In this document: piece by piece, positions 1 to 8,448 of the stretch
Numbering within the stretch: position 1 is the first letter of the stretch
How the letters are laid out: the number at the start of each line of letters is the position of its first letter
Origin: Comamonadaceae bacterium
GTDB lineage: Bacteria; Pseudomonadota; Gammaproteobacteria; Burkholderiales; Burkholderiaceae_C
Direction of reading: 5' to 3'
DNA length: 24,000 bases
Assembly (NCBI GenBank): GCA_027488115.1
Contig: JAIYCG010000006.1
Span: forward strand, 41,194 to 65,193
The notes under the pieces: generated by a model
What the model was told of the DNA's origin: nothing
Database searches by the model: none
Seen by the model: the letters and a program-made list of their open reading frames with translations, nothing else
Made by a program: the position numbers and the translations under genes

Positions 1-151
1 CCAATGCCCTGGCCATGAGATCAACGCCGTGACCTGCTTGAAAGGGCACAATGACACTGACTGCACGCGATGGATAAGACTCTTGCGATGCAGCACTGAA
101 GATAGACAAGCCTAAGCAAGCTGTTAAAAATGTGACCGACAGATTTAGCAT
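1..151 (-). CDS. Bug/TctC-family tripartite tricarboxylate transporter substrate-binding protein, N-terminal fragment (runs off the window)
   Basis: Not in the ORF track. The minus strand reads GGAGctttATG at 151, then MLNLSVTFLTACLGLSIFSAASQESYPSRAVSVIVPFQAGHGVDLMARAL. This gives a signal peptide followed by the YPxxxhxhIVPFxAG..D..AR motif seen in the other Bug paralogs here. Confidence 0.7.
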   Translation of the reverse strand, partial: MLNLSVTFLTACLGLSIFSAASQESYPSRAVSVIVPFQAGHGVDLMARAL

Positions 152-249
152 AAAGCTCCTAACATGCTTGGGTTTACCTTGATAACTGAGAGTTAAATTT
201 GAGTTCAAAATATAACATCAACCGATTTAAATCCTTGTAAAAACTTCAA

Positions 250-642
250 ATGATTGACCATCTTGACCACCTGGTTCTGACAACCGCTCACGAGACCGCT
301 TGCGTTGATTTCTACACCCGAATCATGGGTATGAGTTTGGAAAGCTTTGTAGGTGGTACGCCACCCGTTACTCGCAAAGCCTTTAAGTATGGCAATCAAA
401 AGATCAACTTGCATTTGAAGGGCAAAGAGTTTGAGCCCAAGGCACACTTGCCTGTGCCTGGCTCCTTAGACCTTTGCTTCATTGCCGCTGTACCGCTCGA
501 GCAAGTTATAGCCAAGTTAAACGCCGAGGCATGGCCCATCATTGAAGGCCCAGTCATGCGCACGGGCGCCACACAAAAAATCAGGTCGGTTTACTTGCGT
601 GACCCCGACCTGAATTTGATTGAAATTTCTGAACTGGCCTAA
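250..642 (+). CDS. VOC (glyoxalase/bleomycin-resistance/dioxygenase) family protein
   Basis: 130-aa ORF. The N-terminus MIDHLDHLVLTTAHETACVDFYTRIMGM and the C-terminus YLRDPDLNLIEI are typical of small VOC-fold proteins. It converges on the next gene with a 2-bp gap. Confidence 0.8.
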   Translation: MIDHLDHLVLTTAHETACVDFYTRIMGMSLESFVGGTPPVTRKAFKYGNQKINLHLKGKEFEPKAHLPVPGSLDLCFIAAVPLEQVIAKLNAEAWPIIEGPVMRTGATQKIRSVYLRDPDLNLIEISELA

Positions 643-644
643 GC

Positions 645-1619
645 TCAGTCAGCGTAGACGCCAGCCGATTTAATGACTGGGCCCCATTTGTTAATTTCAG
701 ACTGAAGCCAAGTACGCAGGCCTTCGGGTGTTTGCTTGGAATCAGGCACAATTTCTGCACCCAAGTCGGCCATGCGAGTGACAAAGGCAGGGTCTTTCAA
801 AGCGGTTCTAACGGCAGAACCAAACTTCTCAATGTTGGCGGCGGGTGTGCCTTTGGGCGCATAAATGCCGTGCCACACAATCACTTCAAAATCTTTCAGA
901 CCACCTTCGGTCAATGTGGGTGCATCTGGCAAAGCACGAATGCGTTGCTTGGTGGTCACGCCATACAAATTGACTGTGCCTGCCTTGATGTGCTGCGTCG
1001 TTTGTGTGGTTTGATCACACAAAATATCGACTTGACCTCCCAGTAAAGCATTCAGTGCGGGAGCTGTACCAGAGAAAGGCACGGTAGTCAGGTCAACGCC
1101 CATGGCCTGCTGAAACAACATGCCGCACAAATGCGAAACAGCGCCCAAGCCAGCATTGGCCAAGTTGATCTTTTTGGCATTGGCTTTCACGTAAGCGCTT
1201 AACTCTTGCATGTTCTTGGCAGGCAAGTCTTTTCGGCCAATGAGGGTCATGGGCACGTCCACCGCCTGGCTCACATATTCAAAGTCAGTCATAGGGTTGA
1301 AGGCCATTTTTCTATACAGCGCAGGGGCCGTAGACATGCCGTTGTGATGGATCAAGAACGTGTAGCCATCGGGTGCAGCTTTGGCCACATAGCCACCGGC
1401 CAATGTGCCGCCTGCGCCCACTTTGTTTTCAACCACCACGGTTTGTCCCAAAGTTTTACTCATGTTGGCAGCCAATGTGCGCGCCACAATGTCCGTCGGG
1501 CCGCCAGCGGCGAAGGGCACCACCAAGGTAATTGATTTGGAAGGGTAGCCTTGGGCTGTTGCGCCGAAAGGGAATGCCAAGATGGCAAGGCTGGCGAGAA
1601 GGGCGGAGGAGAATTTCAT
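645..1619 (-). CDS. Bug/TctC-family periplasmic substrate-binding protein
   Basis: The start is trimmed to the ATG at 1619 (MKFSSALLASLAILAFPFGATAQGYPSKSITLVVPFAAGGPTDIVAR). This leaves 324 aa, the usual Bug length, with a signal peptide. The 493-aa track ORF is an antisense N-terminal extension over the 1792 gene. Confidence 0.9.
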   Translation of the reverse strand: MKFSSALLASLAILAFPFGATAQGYPSKSITLVVPFAAGGPTDIVARTLAANMSKTLGQTVVVENKVGAGGTLAGGYVAKAAPDGYTFLIHHNGMSTAPALYRKMAFNPMTDFEYVSQAVDVPMTLIGRKDLPAKNMQELSAYVKANAKKINLANAGLGAVSHLCGMLFQQAMGVDLTTVPFSGTAPALNALLGGQVDILCDQTTQTTQHIKAGTVNLYGVTTKQRIRALPDAPTLTEGGLKDFEVIVWHGIYAPKGTPAANIEKFGSAVRTALKDPAFVTRMADLGAEIVPDSKQTPEGLRTWLQSEINKWGPVIKSAGVYAD

Positions 1620-1791
1620 TTTGTGGGCTTTCTTTTGGGCTAGAAATGTGCCAATCAATGATAGAGATTCACTTATGTCTGTGCAATGCAATAAATGACT
1701 GCCCAAACTGCGGTTTACCCTAGGTTGCCGAAAGATGATGTCGGGGCGTATATTGAAATCGTGACCTTCACATATCAACAAAGGAGATTTT

Positions 1792-3945
1792 ATGAATCGA
1801 AAGAATCGATGGATTAAGTTATCGATATGTTCGGCGTTTGCTGTCTCAGCCACTTTGATGCTAAGTGCATGTGGACCGGACCTTATCGCTGCGCCAGATG
1901 TGGAAATCCTGTCTTCTAAGCCGGAATTTGTTTCTGGGGGAGATGCTTTGGTAAGTGTGAAGGTTAAGAACTCAGGAGCGCAAGTTCGAGCAGCACTGAA
2001 CGGGACAGATGTCTCATCTGCATTTAAAAAAGTAAGTGATGATGTTTGGGTTGGCACAGTATCTGGCATGAAGGTTGGCGCAAATACACTTGTTGCTGAC
2101 TCAGGCGGAGCACCCTCAACTGTCAATTTAATTAACTTTCCAATTACGGGTCCTATTTTCTCAGGACCGCAGCAAAAACCTTTTGCATGTCAAACTGCAA
2201 CTTTCCGTATTTATCCAGGCGGCCCATTTTTGGGGGCTGAGAAAGATGCAAATTGCTCTGTCGACACTCGAGTTGATTATGTTTATCTGAACACTGCTAA
2301 ACCAGCAGCTTTTGTTGCTTTGGCCAATGTGAAAGATGTTCCTAAAGATGCAACTACTGTCACTGGCGCTGATGGCAAGTCTTCGCCATTCATCGTGCGC
2401 ATCGAAACAGGTACTGTCAACAGGTCAATTTACCAAACGGCAATGTTGCACAACCCGGCTTCATCCGATGCCCCAAATCCGTTCCTTGCATCTCCAATTT
2501 GGAATAAGAAACTAGTTTATACATTTGGCGGTGGTTGTACTGGTGGATGGTATCGACAAGGAAATACAACAGGTGGCGTTTTAGACGTGCCTATCTTGGC
2601 CTTAGGCTATGCCATGGCGTCATCTTCACTCAATGTCTTTGGTAATCAGTGCGGTGATTTGCTGGCCGCAGAGTCGATGGCCATGGTCAAAGAGCGGTTT
2701 ATTGAAGCTTACGGCAAGCCTAAATTCACGATTGGGTGGGGTTGCTCCGGTGGCTCTTATCAGCAACACCAAATTGCCGATAACTACCCTGGACTCTTAG
2801 ATGGCATTTTGCCAGGTTGCAGTTTTCCAGAAGTTGGATTTGCAACTGTAAATTCAATCACTGACATGCGTTTGTTGGGAAATTATTTCCAAAATACTGC
2901 ACCCGGCACAGTGAGCGATGAGAAGCAAAAAGCGGTAGCTGGAGCACTCCTTAAAGAAACGATTTACACAAGTACTGTTTACAGAGGTGCTTTGCGAATT
3001 GCCCCTGATGAGTTTTGCCCAGCAGAGTTGCCAGTCGCTCTTCGCTATAACGCTCAGACAAATCCAACCGGTGTGCGTTGCAGTGTATACGACCAAATTG
3101 TGAACGTTTTGGGCAAAGATCCTACAACTGGATTCCCGCGCAGGCCCCTGGACAATGTTGGCATTCAATATGGCCTAAGAGCATTGAATCGAGGTCAAAT
3201 TTCAGTGGATGAATTTTTAACGATCAATGAAAAAGTGGGTGGATATGATGTTGATGCTCGTTTTCAAGCAGCCAGAAACTCGGCTGACTTGATGGCAACC
3301 AAACAGGCTTATCAAACTGGTCGCCTGACAAGTGGCGGTGGTGGGCTTAAAGACATTCCAATCATTGACTACAGGGGCTACTCTGATGACAACCCTGTGG
3401 GCGATATTCACCAAAGATACCATTCCTTTTCGATGCGCGAGCGCTTAGCCAAAGCCAATGGCAGTGCTGCAAATCAAGTCATGGTTGTCGAAGACTTCAG
3501 ATTTGGCTATTACTCTAGCGCCAGCCCCTTGCTCATGAAATCATTGACTGATATGGACAAGTGGATTACCGCTATTCAGTCTGATACAGGGACCGGATCG
3601 GCATTTGAAAAAGTGGTTCGAAATAAACCCAGTTCTTTGGTAGAAGGCTGCAATACGCGTGATGCTCAACCAAGCTTCATTGCTGAAACTCAGCAAATGG
3701 AGTCTGGTAAGTGCGCTGCAATCTACCCAGTGCCTGGTGCGCCGAGGTATGAAGCAGGTGCCGCAATAGCTTCTGACATTGTCAAATGTACTTTGAAGCC
3801 TATTGCTACATCAGATTACAAGGCAACTTTCACTGCTGAGCAAAGTGCGAAGCTGAATAAAATTTTCCCAACAGGTGTTTGTAACTGGGCTGTCGCTGGC
3901 GTTGAACAGCAAGGCCTGCGAGGTACATGGCTATCGTTTAATTAA
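1792..3945 (+). CDS. Large putative lipoprotein, possibly a tannase/feruloyl-esterase-like alpha/beta hydrolase
   Basis: AAGGAG lies upstream of the ATG. The signal peptide ends in the lipobox-like LSAC. An internal GWGCSGGSYQQ resembles a GxSxG nucleophile elbow with the Cys-Ser pair of tannase-type esterases. The family assignment is from memory only. Confidence 0.7.
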   Translation: MNRKNRWIKLSICSAFAVSATLMLSACGPDLIAAPDVEILSSKPEFVSGGDALVSVKVKNSGAQVRAALNGTDVSSAFKKVSDDVWVGTVSGMKVGANTLVADSGGAPSTVNLINFPITGPIFSGPQQKPFACQTATFRIYPGGPFLGAEKDANCSVDTRVDYVYLNTAKPAAFVALANVKDVPKDATTVTGADGKSSPFIVRIETGTVNRSIYQTAMLHNPASSDAPNPFLASPIWNKKLVYTFGGGCTGGWYRQGNTTGGVLDVPILALGYAMASSSLNVFGNQCGDLLAAESMAMVKERFIEAYGKPKFTIGWGCSGGSYQQHQIADNYPGLLDGILPGCSFPEVGFATVNSITDMRLLGNYFQNTAPGTVSDEKQKAVAGALLKETIYTSTVYRGALRIAPDEFCPAELPVALRYNAQTNPTGVRCSVYDQIVNVLGKDPTTGFPRRPLDNVGIQYGLRALNRGQISVDEFLTINEKVGGYDVDARFQAARNSADLMATKQAYQTGRLTSGGGGLKDIPIIDYRGYSDDNPVGDIHQRYHSFSMRERLAKANGSAANQVMVVEDFRFGYYSSASPLLMKSLTDMDKWITAIQSDTGTGSAFEKVVRNKPSSLVEGCNTRDAQPSFIAETQQMESGKCAAIYPVPGAPRYEAGAAIASDIVKCTLKPIATSDYKATFTAEQSAKLNKIFPTGVCNWAVAGVEQQGLRGTWLSFN

Positions 3946-3962
3946 GAATATTTCTTAAATTC

Positions 3963-3996
3963 AGGGCCCTTGCATCATTGCAAGGGCTCTTTTTTT
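3963..3996 (+). terminator. Rho-independent terminator downstream of the lipoprotein gene
   Basis: GCCCTTGCA-tcat-TGCAAGGGC forms a perfect 9-bp stem, extendable to about 12 bp, and is followed by a run of 7 T (3990-3996). It lies between convergent genes. The T-tract is good only on the + strand. Confidence 0.7.
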
Positions 3997-4024
3997 GCAC
4001 ATGAATTCGAAGTCCTTGCAAACT

Positions 4025-6220
4025 TCAAAGCCGCATGTCAAGCGTGATGTTCAGTTGGGGCTTGGCATAGCGCTCGTTGCGGATGTAGTCGCCATTTGAA
4101 AGTAATGTTTGCGTGATGCCATTGGGCGGGCCAAATTGCTGCACGCCTGCGCTGGCTGCGGCCCTTATGGACATGGTGGGGCTCAGGGGCATCATGGCAA
4201 ACAAATCAATGCTTCGGGCGTTTGAGCGTTTCAACAATTGTTCAGCCGTTTGTTGCGTGTCATAGCCTGGCGTGATGCTCAGGTTGCCGCCCACACTGAG
4301 GGGCAATCCACTGATGCGTTGATCGAAGCCAAAATTGGCGGTCCAGGGTTGCTGGCCATCTAACCGGTTGTTTGGGCCAGGCAGCGCAGCAATGCTTGAG
4401 CGGTAAATGCTGAACGAGCTTCGAAGGTTCAGCGCTTTGGCGTTGCCTAATAACTGAGGCATGAGGTCTGATGCGCGGCCGCGCAATTCAAACTCAAGAC
4501 CACTGGTAACGGCATCGGAAAAGTTTTGGGGCTGAGTAATCCAACGCGGGGCAGTCGCCCAGCTTACATTGCGCAACTCAGTTAAGTTTCGAACCACATT
4601 GGTCAGGTTGCGGTGAAAAATGCCAATGCTGAACACACCATCATTGCTTAAATAATTTTCGTAGGCAATGTCGAGGCCCGTGGCCAGTTCGGGACTCAGT
4701 GCAGGATTGCCAATGCGATCTGGTGACAAATAGGTGTTGGTCAGGTTGGTGTTGGTGTAGGCGTTGTTCACTACGGGGCGCGCCAACAAGGCGTTCAAGC
4801 CTGGTGCTTTGTAGCTGCGTGTCAGGCTGGCACGCACCATGTCTCTGCTTTTGGGGTCGAACTTGTAAGTGAGGTGCGCAAGGGGTGACAGCACGCTGCT
4901 CACATTGGCAATAGGCAAGCTGGCATTGCTGCTTTCAGATGCAATGCGTTCGCTGCGCAGTCCCAAGTTGAGTTGCCATTGGGGAGAAATCTCCCACTCG
5001 TCTTGAATGTAGTAGGCCTGACGGTACATTTGAGCTTCAAAAGCCTGGCCCTCAAAGTTGGGCAGCAGGGCAAAGCCAGCGCCGTTGGTGGTGGTGCGTT
5101 TTTCTTGTCGGTCTCTTTGCTCCAGGTCCCAGCCTGCAGTGAAGGTGTGAGAAGAGCCAAGCAGTTGGCTGTATTTGCCAGCCTGCGTGACAGCGTCGTC
5201 TTGGTTCAGGCCTGCAGTTTGAAGTTGTGTTGCGCCTGATCGGATGTTTCGCAAATCAAATGCCGAGCGCGACTGTTGGAGGCCTAGTTTGATTTCAATG
5301 CGCTGGTCTTCGCTGAACCGGTTAATCCAAGTGAGGTTGGCACGGCGATTTTCCCAGTAGCCATTTTGAATGACATCGTCATCAAATACTGGGTTGCCCA
5401 GCACCGTGCGATTGGCGAATTCGGTACGGTAGTTCCAAAAGCCCTTTTGGAAAAAAGTGGCAAGTGAAATGGTTTGCTCGTCACTCACTTTGTAATTCAA
5501 TCGGGGCGCTAGGTTGTAGCCCCAACCCCAAGAGGTGTTGGTGCCCATTTGCTCAGACACAGCAGGCTTGCCATCGGTGCCTGCCATTTTTCGATCGATC
5601 AGGTTAGTAGATTGGCGGTTCCATTCGAACAAAGAAACAGGCAAGGAGAGGCTGAAAGGCCCTTGTGATTCATTGATCGAATAATTCACGTTGGCCAAGG
5701 GCCTGTCTTTGCCAGTGGCCAAGCCTAAGCGCAATGTGCTGAATGAACGGCGTGATGCTTCTTTCAAAATGACGTTGATGGAGCCCGCCACGGCTTGTGC
5801 ACTTTGTTCGGCAGTAGAGGCCTTGATGACTTCAATGCGCTCGATTTGCGAGGGGCTCAGTTGGTCTAAGTTAAAGCCCGGGGGCGCTGGGTCACCGTTG
5901 ATCAAAATTTGGGTATAGCCAGCGCCAAGTCCGCGCATGCGTGGGCCACCAGTGTCTACATTGACGCCTGGCAGGCGGCGCATGACATCGAGTGCATTGG
6001 TATCGCCATAGCGGTCTAGTTCTTCACGGCCATAGATTTGTTTTGCAAAACTGGCCGCACGTCGCAATTCAGTTGAGCCTTGTCTGGCCACAATTTCTAC
6101 GCGCTGAATAACGCTGGGTTGAGGACTCCCAGTGGGCTCAGTAGGGGTGCCGATAGCGGCATCTTGCGCAGAGACACCCAGCGGCGCTAAGATCACCAAA
6201 GTGATTGATCGTAAATTCAT
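4025..6220 (-). CDS. TonB-dependent outer-membrane receptor
   Basis: 731 aa with the signal peptide MNLRSITLVILAPLGVSAQ. A plug-domain-like segment is present (IYGREELDRYGDTNALDVMRRLPGVNV...GxxxxIxIxG). A long region with beta-barrel-like alternating patterns follows. Confidence 0.9.
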   Translation of the reverse strand: MNLRSITLVILAPLGVSAQDAAIGTPTEPTGSPQPSVIQRVEIVARQGSTELRRAASFAKQIYGREELDRYGDTNALDVMRRLPGVNVDTGGPRMRGLGAGYTQILINGDPAPPGFNLDQLSPSQIERIEVIKASTAEQSAQAVAGSINVILKEASRRSFSTLRLGLATGKDRPLANVNYSINESQGPFSLSLPVSLFEWNRQSTNLIDRKMAGTDGKPAVSEQMGTNTSWGWGYNLAPRLNYKVSDEQTISLATFFQKGFWNYRTEFANRTVLGNPVFDDDVIQNGYWENRRANLTWINRFSEDQRIEIKLGLQQSRSAFDLRNIRSGATQLQTAGLNQDDAVTQAGKYSQLLGSSHTFTAGWDLEQRDRQEKRTTTNGAGFALLPNFEGQAFEAQMYRQAYYIQDEWEISPQWQLNLGLRSERIASESSNASLPIANVSSVLSPLAHLTYKFDPKSRDMVRASLTRSYKAPGLNALLARPVVNNAYTNTNLTNTYLSPDRIGNPALSPELATGLDIAYENYLSNDGVFSIGIFHRNLTNVVRNLTELRNVSWATAPRWITQPQNFSDAVTSGLEFELRGRASDLMPQLLGNAKALNLRSSFSIYRSSIAALPGPNNRLDGQQPWTANFGFDQRISGLPLSVGGNLSITPGYDTQQTAEQLLKRSNARSIDLFAMMPLSPTMSIRAAASAGVQQFGPPNGITQTLLSNGDYIRNERYAKPQLNITLDMRL

Positions 6221-6248
6221 GCGGGCAAGTATAAATGGGGGTCAAATA

Positions 6249-6393
6249 ATTGGGGTCAGATCAACATTAATTTTGTCAATCAGAGTGGCTAAAGGCAAAG
6301 GGGGGCTTCCTCATACTGGAGTACCAGAAATCGTTCAGCCCCCCTTTGCCTTTAGCCACTCTGATTAGAAATTAATGTTGATCTGACCCCAAT
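6249..6393. mobile_element. 145-bp hairpin MITE, copy A (TA-flanked, IS630/mariner-like signature, non-autonomous)
   Basis: The 24-nt terminal inverted repeats are ATTGGGGTCAGATCAACATTAATT and AATTAATGTTGATCTGACCCCAAT. TA flanks both ends (6247-48 and 6394-95). A perfect 29-bp inner stem surrounds a 31-nt apical segment. The copy is near-identical to 11019-11163. Confidence 0.85.
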
Positions 6394-6767
6394 TAATTTT
6401 CGGCAACAGAGCCAATCACTGCAGAGCCTTGAGGCAATCCATCTGGGCCTCTGAGTATGGCCAAGTGGCCTTTCAATTTAATGGACGTGCCAGACTTGTG
6501 CATAAAGGGCAAAACACCATCCTTGCTAATGGCAAATTCTTTGACAACTCCCAGCGACTTTGAAAAGCAGTTGCTATGGGCTTGTTGCATCTTCACGGGG
6601 ATGACCATGTTGGCATGTTGGCCCATTGCCTCACTGGCTTCAAAGCCCAAAGCCAATTCGGCGGCTTTGTTCCATAAAGTAATGATGCCGTCGGTGTTTA
6701 CGGCGATCACAATATAAGACATATTTTCAATCAAGGATTGACTGGTTTGAGCGGTGGAGATGGTCAT
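6393..6767 (-). CDS. Stand-alone PAS domain protein with no output domain
   Basis: 124 aa. IVIAVNTDGIITLWNKAAELALGFEASEAMGQHANMVIP is a typical PAS S-box core. The stop codon TAA is formed at the MITE junction. Confidence 0.75.
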   Translation of the reverse strand: MTISTAQTSQSLIENMSYIVIAVNTDGIITLWNKAAELALGFEASEAMGQHANMVIPVKMQQAHSNCFSKSLGVVKEFAISKDGVLPFMHKSGTSIKLKGHLAILRGPDGLPQGSAVIGSVAEN

Positions 6768-6784
6768 AGATGTGATTTCGTGAA

Positions 6785-7162
6785 TTAAGCCAAGGCGTTG
6801 TCACCACTCATGTAAACATAAACTTCATGAAAGTAATTGCCTTGGAGCTTAAAAAAGTTGCAATTATTTTTGTAGATCGTAGGCGAGCCTATTTTTGAAT
6901 TTTGAACTTCAAACCTAGAGCTGATCATGTTTGGGGGAGATGGAAAATGATCAAAATTGGCATGCAAAATCGTATCGTATCTAGAAAACAAACGCTGAAA
7001 CATTTCTGAAATTTCGGTGTCACGGCCTTTGAAAGTGCTTTGATACGTTGCGATGGTGAATGTTGCGTCGGGTGTGAAAAACGAAAGGGTTGTTGACAAG
7101 TCTTTGTTGTCAACAGCAGCGAAATATTTTTCAACGAGTTGTTCTAGATGTGGGGAAGTCAT
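6785..7162 (-). CDS. NTF2-like / SnoaL-like small protein
   Basis: The start is trimmed to the ATG at 7162 (MTSPHLEQLVEKYFAAVDNKDLSTTLSFFTPDATF), a typical SnoaL/NTF2-fold N-terminus. This ATG overlaps the upstream thiolase stop as ATGA, which suggests translational coupling. Confidence 0.7.
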   Translation of the reverse strand: MTSPHLEQLVEKYFAAVDNKDLSTTLSFFTPDATFTIATYQSTFKGRDTEISEMFQRLFSRYDTILHANFDHFPSPPNMISSRFEVQNSKIGSPTIYKNNCNFFKLQGNYFHEVYVYMSGDNALA

Positions 7163-8415
7163 GTACGTCCTTCGTATATTGCGATGCCACACAAAAACTC
7201 TTCTAAGCCCACAATGCCGCCGCCGTTTTGCTGCATTCCAATGCGCGCATTCTTGACTTGTCGAGGGCCTGCTTCTCCCCGAAGTTGCGAAACAATTTCA
7301 CTGCACATCGACAAGCCTGTGGCACCAATTGGGTGGCCCTTAGACACAAGGCCACCAGATGCATTGATTGCAACTTTTCCATCCAGGTCACTTGCACCAG
7401 ATGCTGCAAAAGCACCACCTTGGCCAATTTCACAAAAGCGTAACATCTCGCTTTGATAAATCTCGCAAAAGGATGTGGCGTCATGAACCTCGGCCAAGTC
7501 GATGTCTTGCGGACCTAAACCCGCAGTGCGGTAGGCTTTGTCTGCGGCAGCTCGCGACAGACCCGGCTCGCTGTCTGCGCGGTACTTACCACCAGAAAAT
7601 GAAATAGCCCTGATGCGAATGGCGCGCTCGCGAACGCGAGCGGGCAATCCTTGCAGGTATCGTTCAGAACACAAAATAGCAGCAGCAGCGCCATCACCCA
7701 AAGGTGCGCACATTGAACGCGTCAGTGGGTCGGCCACCATGCGGTCATCTAGCACTTGTTGAACTGTCATTGGAAAACGATACTGAGCAAGCGGATTAAG
7801 CGATCCATTTGTATGACTTTTGGCGCAAGCTGCCGCTATTTGCTCACGTGTTGTGCCGTGAAGAGACATGTGCAACCTTGCCTGCATGGCGTAGGTATCC
7901 ATGGCAATGGAGCGATTGGGCTCTGGCGAAAACGGTTGCCCCAAACGTTCTCCCAAAGCCTTGTAGTGATCTAACCATTCGTGGGGATCCAATTGGTCGG
8001 CGCCTTTGCCAAATTCAGGCAGCATGCCTGCCGGGTTTTGAGGGTCAAAAAGTTTTTCAACTCCAACGGCCACGGTGATGTCTGCTTCGCCAGCTTGGAT
8101 TTCTCGATAAGCTCCAGCCAAAGCCAAGGTGCCTGTAGCGCATGCACCTTCAACGTTCATGACGGGCGCTCGATCTCTAAACAATCCTTCTCGCACCAAG
8201 GGAATGAAGCTCACGTTGCCTCGCACCATGGGCTGCCCCCAGTAGTGCATCACACAGTTGCCAAACCAGGCCGCTTCAATGGCCTGAGGATCTGCCAGTT
8301 GAGCATCTTGAACTGCACCAAGGTAGGCATCTCGCGTGAGTTCCTTGAAGCCCTTTTCTGGCCAGCGTTGAAATGGCGTGCAATGGGCACCTATAACGTA
8401 TACAGAATCAGGCAT
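7159..8415 (-). CDS. Thiolase-like protein (SCP-x / non-specific lipid-transfer-type acetyl-CoA acetyltransferase family)
   Basis: The start is trimmed to the ATG at 8415, with GGAG 7 nt upstream (MPDSVYVIGAHCTPF). An active-site-like VEGACATGTLAL and a C-terminal GHPIGATG motif are present. Confidence 0.85.
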   Translation of the reverse strand: MPDSVYVIGAHCTPFQRWPEKGFKELTRDAYLGAVQDAQLADPQAIEAAWFGNCVMHYWGQPMVRGNVSFIPLVREGLFRDRAPVMNVEGACATGTLALAGAYREIQAGEADITVAVGVEKLFDPQNPAGMLPEFGKGADQLDPHEWLDHYKALGERLGQPFSPEPNRSIAMDTYAMQARLHMSLHGTTREQIAAACAKSHTNGSLNPLAQYRFPMTVQQVLDDRMVADPLTRSMCAPLGDGAAAAILCSERYLQGLPARVRERAIRIRAISFSGGKYRADSEPGLSRAAADKAYRTAGLGPQDIDLAEVHDATSFCEIYQSEMLRFCEIGQGGAFAASGASDLDGKVAINASGGLVSKGHPIGATGLSMCSEIVSQLRGEAGPRQVKNARIGMQQNGGGIVGLEEFLCGIAIYEGRT

Positions 8416-8448
8416 CGTGTGGCTCCATTTGTAAATATTCAAACCCAA

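Noticed and set aside
645-2126. 493-aa ORF in the track, suggesting a much longer Bug protein.
   Set aside because: The first 169 codons are antisense to the well-supported 1792 lipoprotein gene and have a low-complexity, non-protein-like sequence. An internal ATG at 1619 gives a canonical 324-aa Bug protein with a signal peptide.
6238-6247. GGGGTCAAAT immediately left of copy A, resembling the GGGGTCAGAT of the TIR. This could be a remnant of another terminus.
   Set aside because: Only about 9 of 10 nt match, with no further similarity on either side. That is too short to distinguish from chance.
6300-6345. Mini-ORF on the minus strand starting in the apical segment (ATGAGGAAG..., MRKPPFAFSHSD in copies A and B), with a GAGGAA-like sequence nearby.
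   Set aside because: In copy C the same ATG gives a different, longer peptide because of the stem substitutions. The peptide is therefore not conserved while the base pairing is. The GAGGAA overlaps the ATG itself and cannot serve as its SD.
6370-6393. Outward-facing promoter in the TIR (TTGATC as a -35, TAAT-like sequences as a -10), and an IHF site or Dam GATC site in the TIR.
   Set aside because: No -10 element lies at 16-18 nt from TTGATC in any copy. The ATCAA-containing stretch does not fit WATCARNNNNTTR. GATC is present in most TIRs but lost in the 19296-19320 variant, and Dam control cannot be assumed in this lineage.
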